From the human T2T-CHM13v2.0 reference genome, Homo sapiens: a stretch of DNA of 64,000 nucleotides. Of the stretch, positions 50,501 to 63,587 are shown one piece after another. Location: the NCBI RefSeq assembly GCF_009914755.1, contig NC_060927.1. One strand, written 5' to 3'. The notes beneath the pieces are model-generated. The model was not told where the DNA came from and made no database searches. It was given only the letters and a program-made list of their open reading frames with translations. A program made the translations under genes and the position numbers. The first letter of the stretch is position 1. Each line of letters starts with the position of its first letter.

Positions 50501-51487
50501 GCACATTACCTGTAAAAACACGTAGACATGGAAAGTAAAGGGATGAAGAGATATTTCATGCAAACAGAAACCAAAAGTGAGCAGGAGTAGCTATACTTAG
50601 ATGAAACAGGCTTTCTGTCAAAAACAGTAAAAAACAAAAACAAACAACAAAACCATGAAAATGAAGGTTATTATATGATAAGGAGACTAGTCCGGCAAAA
50701 GGATATAACCATTCTAAATATATATGCACCCAACACCAGAACACACAGATTCATAAAGCAAACATTATTAAATATAAAAAGAGAGATAAACTGCAATACA
50801 GAAATAATGGGAAACTTCAACGCCCCACTCTCAGCTTTAGACAAATCATCTAGACAGAAAATGAACAAAGAAACATTGGACATAAGCTGGACTTTAGATC
50901 AAATGGGCTTAATAGACATTTACAGAATATTCTACCCAACAATGGCAGAATACACATTCTTCACATCAGCCCATGGAACATTCTCTAAGACTGATCAGAT
51001 GTTAGGCTACAAAACAAGTCTCAACAAATGTAAAAATCATATCAAGTATCTTCTCAGACTAAAATCAAATAAAACTAGAAATCAACACCAAGAGGAACTT
51101 TGGAAAGTATATAAATATATGGAAATTAAACAACTTGCTCCTGACACCTGTTGAGTCAACAAATAACATGGAAATCAAAAAAAGAATCTTGAAACAAATG
51201 AAAATGGAAACATAACACATCAAAACATGTGGGACACAGCAAAAGCAGTACTAAGAAAGAAGTTTATAAAAATAAGCCCCTAAGTTTAAAAAAACAGTTT
51301 TGAAATAATCTAATGATACACTTCAAGGAACTAGAAAATTAAGAACAAACCAAACCCCAAATTAGCAAAAGAAAAGAAAGAAAAAAGTCAAAGCAGAACC
51401 AAATGAAATGAAGACTAAAAAATAATATAAAGGATCAATAAATTAAAAGTTGCTTCTTCAAAAAGATAAACAAAATTGATAAACCAC

Positions 51488-51828
51488 TGTATTAGTCTGT
51501 TCTTACACTGCTAATAAAGACATACCTGAGACTGGGTAATTTATAAAGTAAACAGGTTTAATTGACTTACAGTTCAGCATGGCTGAGGTCTAAGGAAACT
51601 TACAATCATGGCAGAAGAGAAAGCAAACACAACCTTCTTCACCTGGTGGCAGAAAGAAGTGTCAAGCAAAAGGGGGAAAATCCTCTTATGAAACCATCAG
51701 ATCTCGTGAAACCCACTCACTATCATGAGAACACCAGCATAGGGGTAACCACCCCCATGGTTCAATTACCTCCCACTGGGTCCCTCCCATGACATTTGGG
51801 GATTATGGGAGCTACAATTCAAGATAAG
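51488..51828 (-). mobile_element. THE1D-like solo LTR (MaLR); its last 8 bp (ccatatga) lie at 54055-54062
   Basis: tgtattagtctgttcttacactgctaataaagacatacctgagactgggtaatttata...gctacaattcaagat; 5-bp TSD accac at 51483-51487 and 54063-54067. Confidence 0.9.
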
Positions 51829-54054
51829 TGTGTCCCCAACCAACTATCATCTTGAATTATAGTTCCCATAATCCCCATGTGTTGTAGGAAGGACCCAGTG
51901 GGAGATAACTTAATCATGGGGGCGGTTTTCCCCATACTCTTCTCATGTTAGTGAATAAGTCTCACAAGTTCTGCTGGTTTTATAAGGGGTTTCTCCTTTC
52001 CCTTGGCTCGCATTTTTCTCTTGCCTGCCACCATGTAAGAGGTGTCTTTTGTCTTCCACCATGAGTGTGAGGTCGCCCCAGCCTCTTTTCCTTATAAATT
52101 ACCTCTTTTCTTTATAAACCTCTCTTCTTTATAAATTACCCAGTCTTGGGCATGTCTTTATCAGCAGTATGAAAATGGACTAATACAGTAAATTGGTACC
52201 AAATAGTGGGGTACTGCTATAAAAGTACCCAAAGATGTGGAAGCGACTTTGGAAATGGGTAATAGGCAAAGGTTGGAATAGTTTGGAAGGCTCAGAAAAA
52301 GACAGGAAAATGTGGGAAAGTTTGGAACTTCCTAGAGATTTGTTGAATGGCTTTGACCAAAATGCTGATAATGCTATGGACAATGAAACCCAGGCTGAAG
52401 TGGTCTCAGATGGAGATGAGAAACTTGAAGGAACAGGAGTAAAGGTGACTCTTTCTACGTTTTAGCAAAAGGAATGGCAGCATTTTGCCTCTGCACAAAT
52501 TGAGATCTGTGGAACTTTGAACTTGAGGGAGATGACGTAGGGTATCTGGCGGAAGAAATTTCTAAGTGGCCAAGTGTTCAAGAGGAAGAAGAGCATAAAA
52601 GTTTGGAAAATTTGCAGCCTGACAATGCAACATTCTCATGGGAGAAATACAAGCCTGCTACAGAAATTTGTGTAAGTAACAAAGAGCCCAATGTTAATCA
52701 CCACGACAATGGGGAAAATGTCTCCAGGGCATGTCAGAGACCTTTCCAGCAGCCCCTCCCATCACAGGCCTGGGAGCCTAGGAGGAAAAATGGTTTTGTT
52801 GGCCAGGCCCAGGGCCCCCCTGCTGTGTGCAGCCTAGGGACTTGGTGCCCTGCATCCCAACTGCTCCAGTTGTGGCTAAAAAGGGCCAAGGTAAACTTCA
52901 GGCCATGGGTCCAGAGGGTGCAAGCCCCAAGCCTTGGCAGCTTCCACATGGTGTTGAGCATGCGGGTGCATAGAAGTCAAGAATTGAGGCATGGGAACCT
53001 CCACCTAGATTTCAGAGTATGTATGGAAACACCTGGATGTCCAGGCAGAGGTGTGCTGCAGGGGTGGACCCCTCATGGAGAACCTCTGAGCAGTGCAAAA
53101 TGGAAATGTGGGATGCAAGCCTCCACACAGAGTCCCCACTGGGGCACTGCCTAGTGGAGCTGTGAGAAGAGGGTCACCATCCTTCAGACCCCAGAGTGGT
53201 AGATCCTGGAAAAGCCACCAGGCACCTGGAAAAGCCACAGGCACTCAACACCAGTTTGTGAAAGCAGCCAGGAGGGGGGTTATACCCTGCAAAGCCATAG
53301 GGGTGGAGATGCCCAAGCCTGTGGGAGCCCACCTCTTGCATCAGCATGACGTGAATGTGAGATATGGAGTCAAAGAAAATCATTTTGGAGCTTTAAGATT
53401 TGATTGCCCACTGGATTTTGGACCCGCATGGGGCCTGTAGCCACTTTGTTTTGGCCAGTTTCTCCCATTTATCCAATGCCTGTACCCCTATTGTATCTAG
53501 GAAGTAACTAACTTGTGTTTTATTTTACAGGCTCATAGGTGGAAGGGATTTGCCTTGTCTCAGATGTGACTTTGGACTGTGGACTTTTGAGTTAATGCTG
53601 AAATGAGATAAGACTTTGTGGGACAGTTGGGAAGGCGTGATTGTTTTTGAAATGTGAGGACATGAGATTTAGGTGGGCTCAGGGGAAGAATAACATGGTT
53701 TGGCTCTGTCCCCACTACAAATCTCATCTTGAATTTTAGCTCCCTTAATTCCCATGTGTTGTGGGAGGCACCTGGTGGGAGATAATTGAATCATGGGGGC
53801 AGTTTCCCCCATACTGTTCTTGTAATAGTGAATAAGTCTCACAAGATCTGGTCATTTTACAAGGGGTTTCCTCTTTCACTTGGCTCTCATTTTTCTCTTT
53901 CCTGCTGCCATGTAAGATGTTCCTTTCACCTTTGACCACGATTGTGAAGGCTCCCCAGCCACATGGACCCCCTGTGAGTCCATGAAACTTTTTTTTCATA
54001 AATTACCCAGTCTCATGTATGTCCTTATCAGCAGTGTGAAAACAGGTTAATACA
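51829..54054 (+). mobile_element. THE1C-like MaLR provirus: 5' LTR 51829-52187, internal region 52188-53690, 3' LTR 53691-54054
   Basis: Two direct LTRs ending gactaataca / ttaataca around a typical THE1-int (taaattggtacc...gtggaagcgactttggaa...aggggaagaa). Confidence 0.93.
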
Positions 54055-54896
54055 CCATATGAACCACTAACTAGACTAACCAAGGAAAGACCCAAATAAA
54101 CAAAATCAGAAATGAAAAAAAGATAATATACCATTATCAAGTGTGATTTCAGAGATGCAAGGATGGTTCAACATATGCAAATCAAATGTGACATAACAAC
54201 AGAATGAAGAACAAAAACCATATGATCATCTCAATAGATGCAGAAAAATCATTTGACAACAGTCAGCACCCTTTATGATAAAAACGAAAAAACTCTCAAT
54301 AAATTGCACATGAAAGGACCATACCTCAAAATTAAAAAGACCATATGCAACAACCCCACAGCTAACATCATACTGAATCAAAAAAGTTGAAAGCCTTTTC
54401 TCTAGAATTTGAAAACTAGGATGCCCATTTTCACCACTCCTATCCAACACAGTGCTGGAAGTCCTAGCTAAAGTAACCAGACAAGAAAAAGAAATAGAAA
54501 GCACAAAAAATTGGAAGAGAAAAAGTCAAATTGTTCTTTGCAGATGACATAATCTTATAGCTAGAAAAAACAAAAGATGACTCAAAAAACTCTCAGAACT
54601 TATAAACAGGTTTACTAAGGCTGCAGGATGCTAAATCAACATACAAAAGTCAGTAGCATTTCTACATACCAATGGTAATATAGCCGAAAAAGAAATCAAG
54701 ACAATCGCATTCACAATAGCTACAAAAAAAAAAAAAAAAAAAAGAAAGAAAAAGAAATATCTGGAAATAAATTTAACCAGAGCTAAAAGATCTCTACAAG
54801 GAAAACTACAAAACAATGAGGAAAGAAACTGGAAAGACATGAACAAATGGAAAGACATCTCATTCTCATGGTTTGAAGAATTACTGTTGTTAAAAT

Positions 54897-55228
54897 CAGG
54901 GGTCCTCAACCCCTAGTACTGGTCTGTGGGCTATTAGGAACCAGGCCACACAGCAGGAGATAAGCCACAGGCGAGCGAGCATTACCGCCTGAGCTCCATC
55001 TTCTGTCAGATCAGCAGCAGCATTAGATTCTCACAAGAGCATGAACTTCATTGTGAACTGCACATGCAAGGGATCTATGTTGTGTGCTCCTTATGAGAAT
55101 CTAATGTCTGATGATCTGAGGTGGAACAGTTTCATCCTGAAACCATCCCCCCTCCCCTGACCCTAGTCTGTGGAAAAATTGTCTTCCACAAAACTGGTCC
55201 CTGGTGCCAAAAAGTTCGATGACTGTTG
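54897..55228 (+). mobile_element. MER1B hAT-Charlie element
   Basis: caggggtcctcaacccc...ctgtcagatcagcagcagcattagattctca...ggtccctggtgccaaaaag; perfect 8-bp TSD gttaaaat at 54889-54896 and 55229-55236. Confidence 0.93.
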
Positions 55229-55879
55229 GTTAAAATGTCCATATTACTCAAAGCAAGCTATAGATTCAATGCAATCTCTATCAAAATGCCAACATAATTC
55301 TTCAAAGATATGGAAAAAACAACTTTAAAATTAGTATGGAACCCAAAAACAGCCTGAATAGCCAAAACGATTCCTAAGCCAAAAGAACAAAGCTGGAAGC
55401 ATCACATTACCTGACTTCAAAACATATTACAAGTAACCAAAACAGCATGGTATTGTATAAAAATAGACACATAGACCAATGGAACAGAATACAGAACCCA
55501 GGTATAAAGCCACGTATCTACAGCCAACTGATCTTTGACAAAGTTGCCAAGAATATACATTGGGGAAAGGGTACCCTCTTCAATAAATGGTGCTGGGATA
55601 ACTGGATAAGCATATGTGGAAAAACGAAACTGGGCCTTTGTCTCTCTCCTTATATAAAATCAATCAAGATGGATTGAAGACTTAAATGTAAGACCCAAAA
55701 GTATAAAACTACTAGGAGAAAACATAGGAAAAGCTCTTCAGAACATTGGTCTAGGCAAAGATTTTATGGCTCAGACCTCAAAAGCACAGGCAACAAAAAC
55801 AAAAATAACAGGACTACATTAAACTAAAAAGTCTCTGCACTGCAAAAGAAATAACAAACAGAGTAAAGAGACAACACCC

Positions 55880-56180
55880 TTTTTTTGTTTGGTTTTAGAG
55901 ACAGGGTTTTGCTCTGTCACCCAGGCTGGAGTGCATGGGCACAATCATAGCTCACTGCAGCCTCAAATTCCTGGGCTCAAGTGATTCTCATGTCTCAGCC
56001 TCCCAAATAGCTGAGAGTACAGTGTGTGTCACCACATCCAACTAGTTTATTTATTTACTTTTGTAGAGACAGGATCTTGCTATATTGCCCAGGCTGGTCT
56101 CAAACTCTGGCTTCAAGTGAACCTCTCATCTTGGCCTCCCAATGCACTGGGATTACAGGCATGAGCCATTGTGCCTGGCC
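55880..56180 (-). mobile_element. AluJ
   Basis: agagacagggttttgctctgtcacccaggctggagtgca...atcatagctcactgcagcctcaaattcctgggctcaagtgat...gtgcctggcc. Confidence 0.93.
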
Positions 56181-58470
56181 CTAACCTCTTGAATGGGAGA
56201 AAATATTTGAAAATTACTCATCTGACAAGAGACTGATATCCAGGATATACAAGGAACTCAAATATATTAACAGTTAAAATAATAATAATAATCCCATTAA
56301 AAAATGGGCAAAGAACATGAATAGACATTTCTCAAAAGAGAACATCTGGATGGCCAACAGGTATATGAAAAAATGTTCAATATTACTAATCAACAGGGAA
56401 ATGCAAATCAAAACCACAATGAGATATCATCTCACCCCATTTAGAATGGTGATTATTAAAAAGATGAAATATATCAGATGCTGGCACAGATGTGGAGGAA
56501 AGAGAATTCTTACACACTGTTGGTGAAAATGTAAATTAGTACAACCACTATGGAAAAGAATACAGAGATTTTTTCAAAAAAACTAAAAATAGAACTAATA
56601 TACTATCCAGTAATCCCACTACTAGGTATCTACACAAAGGGAAAGAAATCAATATTTCAAAAGGGTATCTGCACTCGCGTGTTATCATAGCAGTATTCAC
56701 AATAGCAAAGATATGGAATTAGCCTAAATGCTCATCGATGGACAAATGGATAAAGAAAATGTGGCATATGTATACAATGAAATGTTATTCATCCATAGAA
56801 AAAAAATAAGATCATGTCATTTGCAGCAACATGTATTGAACTGAAGGTCATTATGTTAAGTGAAATAAGCCAGGCACAGAAAGACAAATACCTCATGCTC
56901 TTACTCATAGGTGGGAGCTAAAATATTTGATCTTGTGGACATATAGAACAGAAGAATAACAGAAACTGGGAGGGAGGCTGGGGGAAATGAAGAGATGTTG
57001 ATTATGGGTACAAATATACAGTTAGATGAGATAAATAAGTCCTAATGTTTGATAACAGACTAGGGTGACTAAGCAATAATATTATGTATATTTCAAAGTA
57101 ACTAGAGGAGAGGACTTTAAATGATACTAACATGTAAAAATGATAAACACTCAAGGTGGTGAATACTCCAAATAGCCTGACTTGATCATTATACATGCTG
57201 TGAGTTTAACACTCAAATGTACCCCATAAATATGTAAATTATTATGTATAAATAAAAGGAGGCGAAAAGCAAAAAAAAATTTAAAAATTAAAAAATATTT
57301 GAGGATGATTCTATATATTCTCAACAAATTACTCTTCTAAATCTTCTGATACAATATTATCTCTGAGCAAGTCTACATTATCTGGAAAATGAATGTTATA
57401 AAAAAGTATAAACATTTATTTGTAAGAAAAGAAATATTAAGTTTTTTAGGATTGAAACCAATTTCATCTAGCAAAATTGCATTTTCTAGTACTATGAGAG
57501 AAGACCCCAAATAAAATACCTTATTATTTGATGCTAATGAGGCATACTAAATAAAGTGACAGGGTAAAGAAAAAACCACTGGGTCAGATACACTTTCCTT
57601 TAGATGTGTAAGAAAAGGTTTTAAAATCTCACTATGAATGAGAGTGGGAATCTGATTAATACTATAAACAGACTCAAATCCTTTTATATCTGTGTTGTTA
57701 CTGCAACAGAGTGGACACAAAACATAAAAACATGAAAAAGTAATTTTTCCAGGTACTGTCTTTGTTAAACTTTAGAATTTTATTATAAATTCATGAAATA
57801 CAGTCTACCTCAAAGGAGGCCCACATTGGACCCACCCCTAGTGAAATGACTAAATTAACAAGATAATGCATTTATAACTTGCTTCCTTGTTCATAAAATG
57901 CTTACATATATATTAATATTTCACTTGATTCTCAAACCAAATTTTGAAGTAGGTAGGCATTATTGTCCATTTTCAGATTTCAAATTATGTATGTGCTCAC
58001 TGAAAATTAGTGAGTGGGGAAACTGAGCTTCAAAACTTGGTATTCCGACACCAAAGGCTATGGTCTTGCTGTTGCATCACCCTGACAACCCTAATCGTGA
58101 GTCAGAGGGCCTCTGAGTCTGTGCCTCAGGATTCCGGAGTAGATGAAGGTTTCACACAGTCAAGTATCGGCTAGACAATCATACTTTCTGTCACGTAACT
58201 TCATGAAGTCCAAGGGATCAGAACCTCATCTCATCTTTATTTTCTTCAGAGATCCAGTATAGGCTCTCACATTCAGAAGCAGAAGAGCAGATCAATCTTA
58301 AATTTTAATGTGGTTTTGAGGCCCTTTGTGATTCGTGCCTGTGGAGACAAACTTGACTAAGGTGAAACCCACAGTTTCACAGATGCATTTCTGCCATGAG
58401 TATATTTCATAAAAAAAAGAATGCAAAAGAAAGAGGACAGAAGTCCCTGAATAAGGCAAAACCTTGCAAG

Positions 58471-59112
58471 TGATGGGGTTCAGGACATATTACCCCAAAA
58501 TACGTCACCTTGGCATTTGAGAAAAATAGCAGAAGCAGGAAAGTTACTCTCTGACCTTCTCCCACCCTCCTTCCCTGAAGCAAGGTCAAAAGACCCACAT
58601 CTTAGAAGTACCATTCCTGTTCCTGGAGATAACAAACATCCTTGTCTGTGAAGACCCAGGGACATATTACCCCAAAATATGTCACCTTGGCATTTGAGAA
58701 AATAGCAGAAGCAGGAAAGTTACTCTCTGACCTTCTCCCACCCTCCTTCCCTGAAGCAAGGTCATAAGACCCACATCTTAGAAGTACCATTCCCATTCCT
58801 GGAAATAACAAACATCCTTGTCTGTGAAGACCCAATGATACAGAGAAGAATCTGTACAAACCTGCCTTGCTAACCCACTTAGTCTAATCATACCTCTCCA
58901 TGACTATCCACTTCTCCATTAAACCTAGCATACAATACACATAGGTTTACCTGTTCTTTGGATCTTCATTTCTTTATGAAGTCTCCCATATCACATAAAC
59001 TTTATAGTAAATACATATTTGTGATTTTTCTCTTGTTAACCTCTTTTTTTTAATAGAGGCCTCAGCCATAAAACTAGCAATGGGTGAGAAAAGAAATCTT
59101 TTCTTCTCTACA
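58471..59112 (+). mobile_element. ERV1-class solo LTR, LTR37-like, with an internal 177-bp tandem duplication
   Basis: tgatggggttcaggaca...accccaaaata...ttggcatttgagaaaa...gcagaagcaggaa...cagagaagaatctg...ttctcttgttaacct...ttctctaca. Confidence 0.8.
58483..58834. repeat. 177-bp tandem duplication
   Basis: ggacatattaccccaaaa at 58483 and 58660; about 6 differences between the copies. Confidence 0.96.
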
Positions 59113-61059
59113 AGCCTGTTTCCTTATGTATAAAGTATAAAGAAGAGGATTAAACCCATTTAGGTCAAAAAATTATCTGATTCAAAAAGTACATTGGCCT
59201 AATCGTATTCATAAGCAATAAAAGAAGTACTGTACACATTTCAAGCTTCTGATTTTATTTTTTAAAATAGCATTATCTTTGTGTGCCAATGAAGATATGT
59301 AACAGTACAAATTTTAAATATATTTTGCTGTTATCAGTTTACTGTTTATTATTAGTTTACTATTTACATGATTACATAATTTGTTGCAAAATGCTCTGTG
59401 TTTTCATAATTCTTCACAAGTGTGGGTCCTAGTCAACGTAATGGGACTTTTCCATTGGACCTACATGGAAAGCCAAATAATTTTTTGCATTGTAAGAATG
59501 TACAAGTTATACTCCCATAGTAATACATACAGAACTACTGGCCTATCACTGAAGAATATCTAAAGGACTATCAATCAAGTCCTCAGTCTGCACCCAGCAT
59601 AAAGAAAATTCTTTTTCAATGAGAACTCTGAAGAAGCAGCCTTTTCATTGTTGCTATTTCAATATAACTGTGGGAGGCAATGCTTGGGCACTGACTGGGA
59701 ACTACCTCCATAAGCATATGAATAAAGTAAGAGGTTTTTAAAGCACTTTCTAAGAGGATTTGCAAAAACAGACTTTCTGGGAATGAATATTACCTTCATT
59801 TTCAATAGGAGGCCATGTTATCATAATAAAAATAAGCTATTGGATCTTCTCACATATATTATAATTTTAAGAGTTTTAAATAACAAAAGGGACTTAATAC
59901 ATCTGAAGATTAAATTACTGAGAAATGACATTTATTTTTAACCTTAAAAATTAGTATTTTAAAAGGCATTTCTAGTGAACAGAAACAGAGTGCTATATTC
60001 GGTGAAAAGCTTAAAAATAGTAATTATTTGTTTTATGTCCTTCAATTTTTAACAGTTAATATGTCAAGAACAGCAAATATACACATTCTTTCTACTCAAC
60101 ATTGTAATAATTATAAATCAGCATGATTCAGGATATAACAGTTCTATTTCTAAGTTTGGCTTAAATGGTAGAATATTTTTTAAATCCAGTTTAGTATATT
60201 ATTCTTTTTAAAGTTCCTTTAAGAAACATCTCAAAATAGATTCTTATTATACTGAATTTAACATGAGTAACAAATGAGTTAAAAGGAGTTTGCAAGCTGA
60301 CAACTTGTTTATAGATTTTACAGATAGAGCTTAAACTAGTCAGGATCTTACAAAACTTCTGAGAACTTAGGAAAACCAAACAGGATTTGTGTTGCTTCTG
60401 TGTAAGCAAATCTTTGTAAATTTGTTCATGTCTCTTTGTGACAGATGATGGCAAACAGTCAAATGGTACTTTTCCCTACCAGGGTGGCACTTCCTGGCAG
60501 CTTAATCACCCATTTTTAGGGTGTTCTTCCACTCATAGAGATCATTTTGCCTTCAGTCTTCCTCTTAGCAAGAAAAGTGAACATCTCATTTTCATTAACC
60601 TTTTTGTCTCACCCCAGCCAGCTAAGAGTTGATGGTGAAATATCAGACAACTGAGCAAATAGAAATCAGTTTTGATCTCTAATGCCTAACCTTTACTTGG
60701 CCCTTAATACTGCCTTGCAATTTTACACTCCTGTAGTCAACTCACTCTCCTATATTCACAATAATTATTTCAAACTTCTACTCATCTCTTATACTCTCAT
60801 TACTTTGCATCCTCCCTTAAAAAAAAAGCGTCATTCAAAAAATTTCTTCAACCCTTCAACTTCCTGCACCAAATCAATGCTACAACTCCCCTGTATTCTT
60901 TCTGATCTGTAAAAATGGAGGAAGTGTTTCCTCTTACATGCAAGGCCGATCTCTCCACTATTCTGGCATATATTCCTTTATATATTTCCAGGAATCTCAT
61001 GCTTTTTGCTCAAGTTTTAACTGTTTTCAGTAAGCAACATATTTAAATGTCTAAAATTG

Positions 61060-63000
61060 AAAAATTACAAAGGGATTATGACAGAAAATTTCTTTTTTAT
61101 TTCTAGCCCCAGTCATCTATCTTCTCTTAGGGGCAGGTATACTGCCGGAGATATTCTACGCACACCTAAGTAAATCCATACAAATATTTTCTCAAGCTTA
61201 AAAAAAAAGCAACACACTTTATACACTGTGGCATATCTCGCTTTTTTCACTTAAAATACATCTTAGACACAATATTAATTCACAAAGTATTGATTCATTC
61301 TTTTTAAATTGCATAGTATAAATTAGGGATGTTGCATAATTTATTTAACCTGACCCTATTGATGGACATTTACATTGTCTCCAAACTTTTACTATTATAA
61401 GCAACATTGCAATGAATATTTGTGTACATTATTTCACATATCTGAAAATATGTTTATGAGTTAAATTCCTATTAATGGGATTACTTGGCTAAAGGGTAAA
61501 CGCCATTGTAATTATGATAAATATTGCCAAATTATCCTCCGTAGAGATCAAATCAAATGACAGTCCCACCAAAAATGTATGAGAGTGTAGGGGCCATGTG
61601 AAAACATCCCCTTTGCCCTCTGAAGGTTTGCTGAAAATCACTAAGAGGCAGGCTAAAAGGAGAAAAGGCATATAAAATTATTTGATTATACTTTTATGCA
61701 TATGGGAGCTTTCAGAATGAATACCCAAAGAAACAGGGAAAACTGTCTATTTTTATTCTCAGGTTAAATGAAGTATGTACAGCCATGTAGAAATATGACT
61801 GAACACAAAGGATATTATCTAATGCTAATAGACTGAGTGGGGAAACCCAGTAAGGCCTGTCTGCCTAGATTCTTGACCTCTCGGGCATGCATTTCTTCCT
61901 TCTGGACATGGGGCTGGACCCCCTCTGGAATGGAAGTCTTATGCCCTACAATCAAACAAGACAAGTCAGATAATTTCTTTATGGCCAATTTTTACACAGA
62001 AAATGGGGGCATGGGGGCAAACTGGAGTAATATTTTTAAGTTTTATGGCTGGTTTTAGGGGAAAGGGTCTCTGGTTTCTGTGATCTGCCTTGGGAAAAGT
62101 GGATTCTAGTTGTGGCTAGCCTCAAGGAAGAATGAAAGGCCAGAGACAGGAGGGGAGGAGAAGGTCAAAGAAACACCTTTGCTTCTGAGGCTACTCCTGA
62201 AGCCTTCATTTTGGGGTATTGTTTTCTAAGCCCCAACAAGCAGTAAAACTCACCTAACACAAGGCCATCACAAGGGTTTTGCTGATTTCATAATTTTAAT
62301 TAATATTTTGCCTATTACAAATTGAGCCTCTTCAAATATTTAAAATCCATTTCTGATTGCTTTTCTCTGTTCATATCCCTTTCCTATTTTCTCATGTTAT
62401 ACTTTTAGAAAATTGAATTGTAGACATTATTTATATGTAAAGATGGCTTTTGTAATGTGTGTTGTATTTTTTTTTTTTTTTTGCCATGCAGGAAATTTTT
62501 TATAATCAGATTTATTAAAGTTTTACTTTGATGACTTCTGGCTTTTGTTATATACTTGGAAAATCCTTTTCTAATCCATGATTACAAAAAAACCTGATGG
62601 TTTCTTCTATTACTTTTGTAATTTATATTTTGAAGTTTTCTTCATATAAATTTTACGTATTTCTTGTTAAGATCATTTCTAGGTATTTTATCATTTTTAT
62701 TGGTATTGTAAGTGGATTTTGTCTTTTATTAGATCTCCTAACTCACTGTTGTTTCAATATATGAGGGCTGCTAATTTCTGTATACAAATTTTTTAGTCAG
62801 TCACCTTATTGAATTCTGATCTTAAAAAAATTGTCTTAAGATTTTCACAAATATATTACTTGAAAATTGTAATAATTTAACCTCTTCCTTTCTCATATTT
62901 AAACCTCAAAATTCTTTTTTCATTTTCTATGTTTGGTATCCTCAGAATAATGTTAGACAATATTGTAATGGTAAGCATTCTTGTCTTGTTACTCAGGTAA
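61060..63000 (-). mobile_element. Ancient L1 (L1ME-type) fragments with a nested LTR
   Basis: cttttttcacttaaaat...cataatttatttaacc...tattgatggacattta...gttaaattcct...atattgccaaatt | tttctaggtattttat...ttgctaatttctgtat...aatggtaagcattcttgtcttgtt. Boundaries approximate. Confidence 0.72.
61586..62238 (-). mobile_element. MER39-like ERV1 solo LTR
   Basis: TG...CA termini; right end ttctgaggctactcctgaagccttcattttggggtattgttttctaagccccaaca is the reverse complement of the MER39 start. Confidence 0.85.
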
Positions 63001-63156
63001 TCTTATATCTTAAAACACCTTCTAACTTCCTAATATTATTAGCTTCTCCCTACTTGCTGTATCTTTTTAATCTTGAAAAACTCTCTGTGGATGTCATGCT
63101 GACTTGCAGCCACTGCTCTCTCACCTTTCTTTTAAATGTCTTGGAAAAGTTATCTA

Positions 63157-63587
63157 CAGTTGACCCTTGAACAACATGGGTTTGGACTCCATGGGTTCAC
63201 TTACACGTGGATTCTTTTCTGCCTCTGCTAACTTAGAGACAGCAAGACCAACCCCTCCTCTTCTTCCTCCTCCTCAGCCTACTTAATGTGAAAATGATGA
63301 GGATGGAGACCTTTACGATGATCCACTTCCAGTTAATAAATAGTAAGTATACTTTATCTTCCTTATGATTTTCTTAATAACCTTTTATCTGGCTTACTTT
63401 CTTGTAAGAATAAAGTATGTCATACATATAACATACAAAATACCTGTAAATCAATTGTTTATGTTATCAGTAATGCCAACAGTAAGCTATTAGTAGTTAA
63501 GTTTCAGGAAGTCAAAAATTACACGTGGAATTTTGACTGTGCAGGGAGTCAGCACCCCTAACTCCTGCATCGTTCAAACGTCAACTG
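63157..63587. mobile_element. Tigger2a (MER28) MITE
   Basis: TIRs cagttgacccttgaacaac / gttcaaacgtcaactg; TA TSDs. Confidence 0.9.

Larger units (their letters stand above)
47571..57290 (+). mobile_element. Near full-length old LINE-1 (L1MA4-like) with nested THE1, MER1B and AluJ
   Basis: ~1.6-kb GC-richer 5' UTR; ORF1 remnant ~49230-50180 (FNNRLDQAEESISELED); ORF2 remnant from ~50355 ([25 protein letters not shown]); L1MA-type 3' UTR to ~57257. Roughly 0.5 kb of ORF2 is missing at ~54120. 5' boundary approximate. Confidence 0.88.

Noticed and set aside
52180-53440. ORFs up to 183 aa in the THE1 internal region
   Set aside because: Decayed MaLR internal sequence in multiple frames, non-ATG starts, no recognisable intact domain.
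59376-59470. Minus-strand acceptor/donor pair
   Set aside because: Stops in all three frames and a weak donor.
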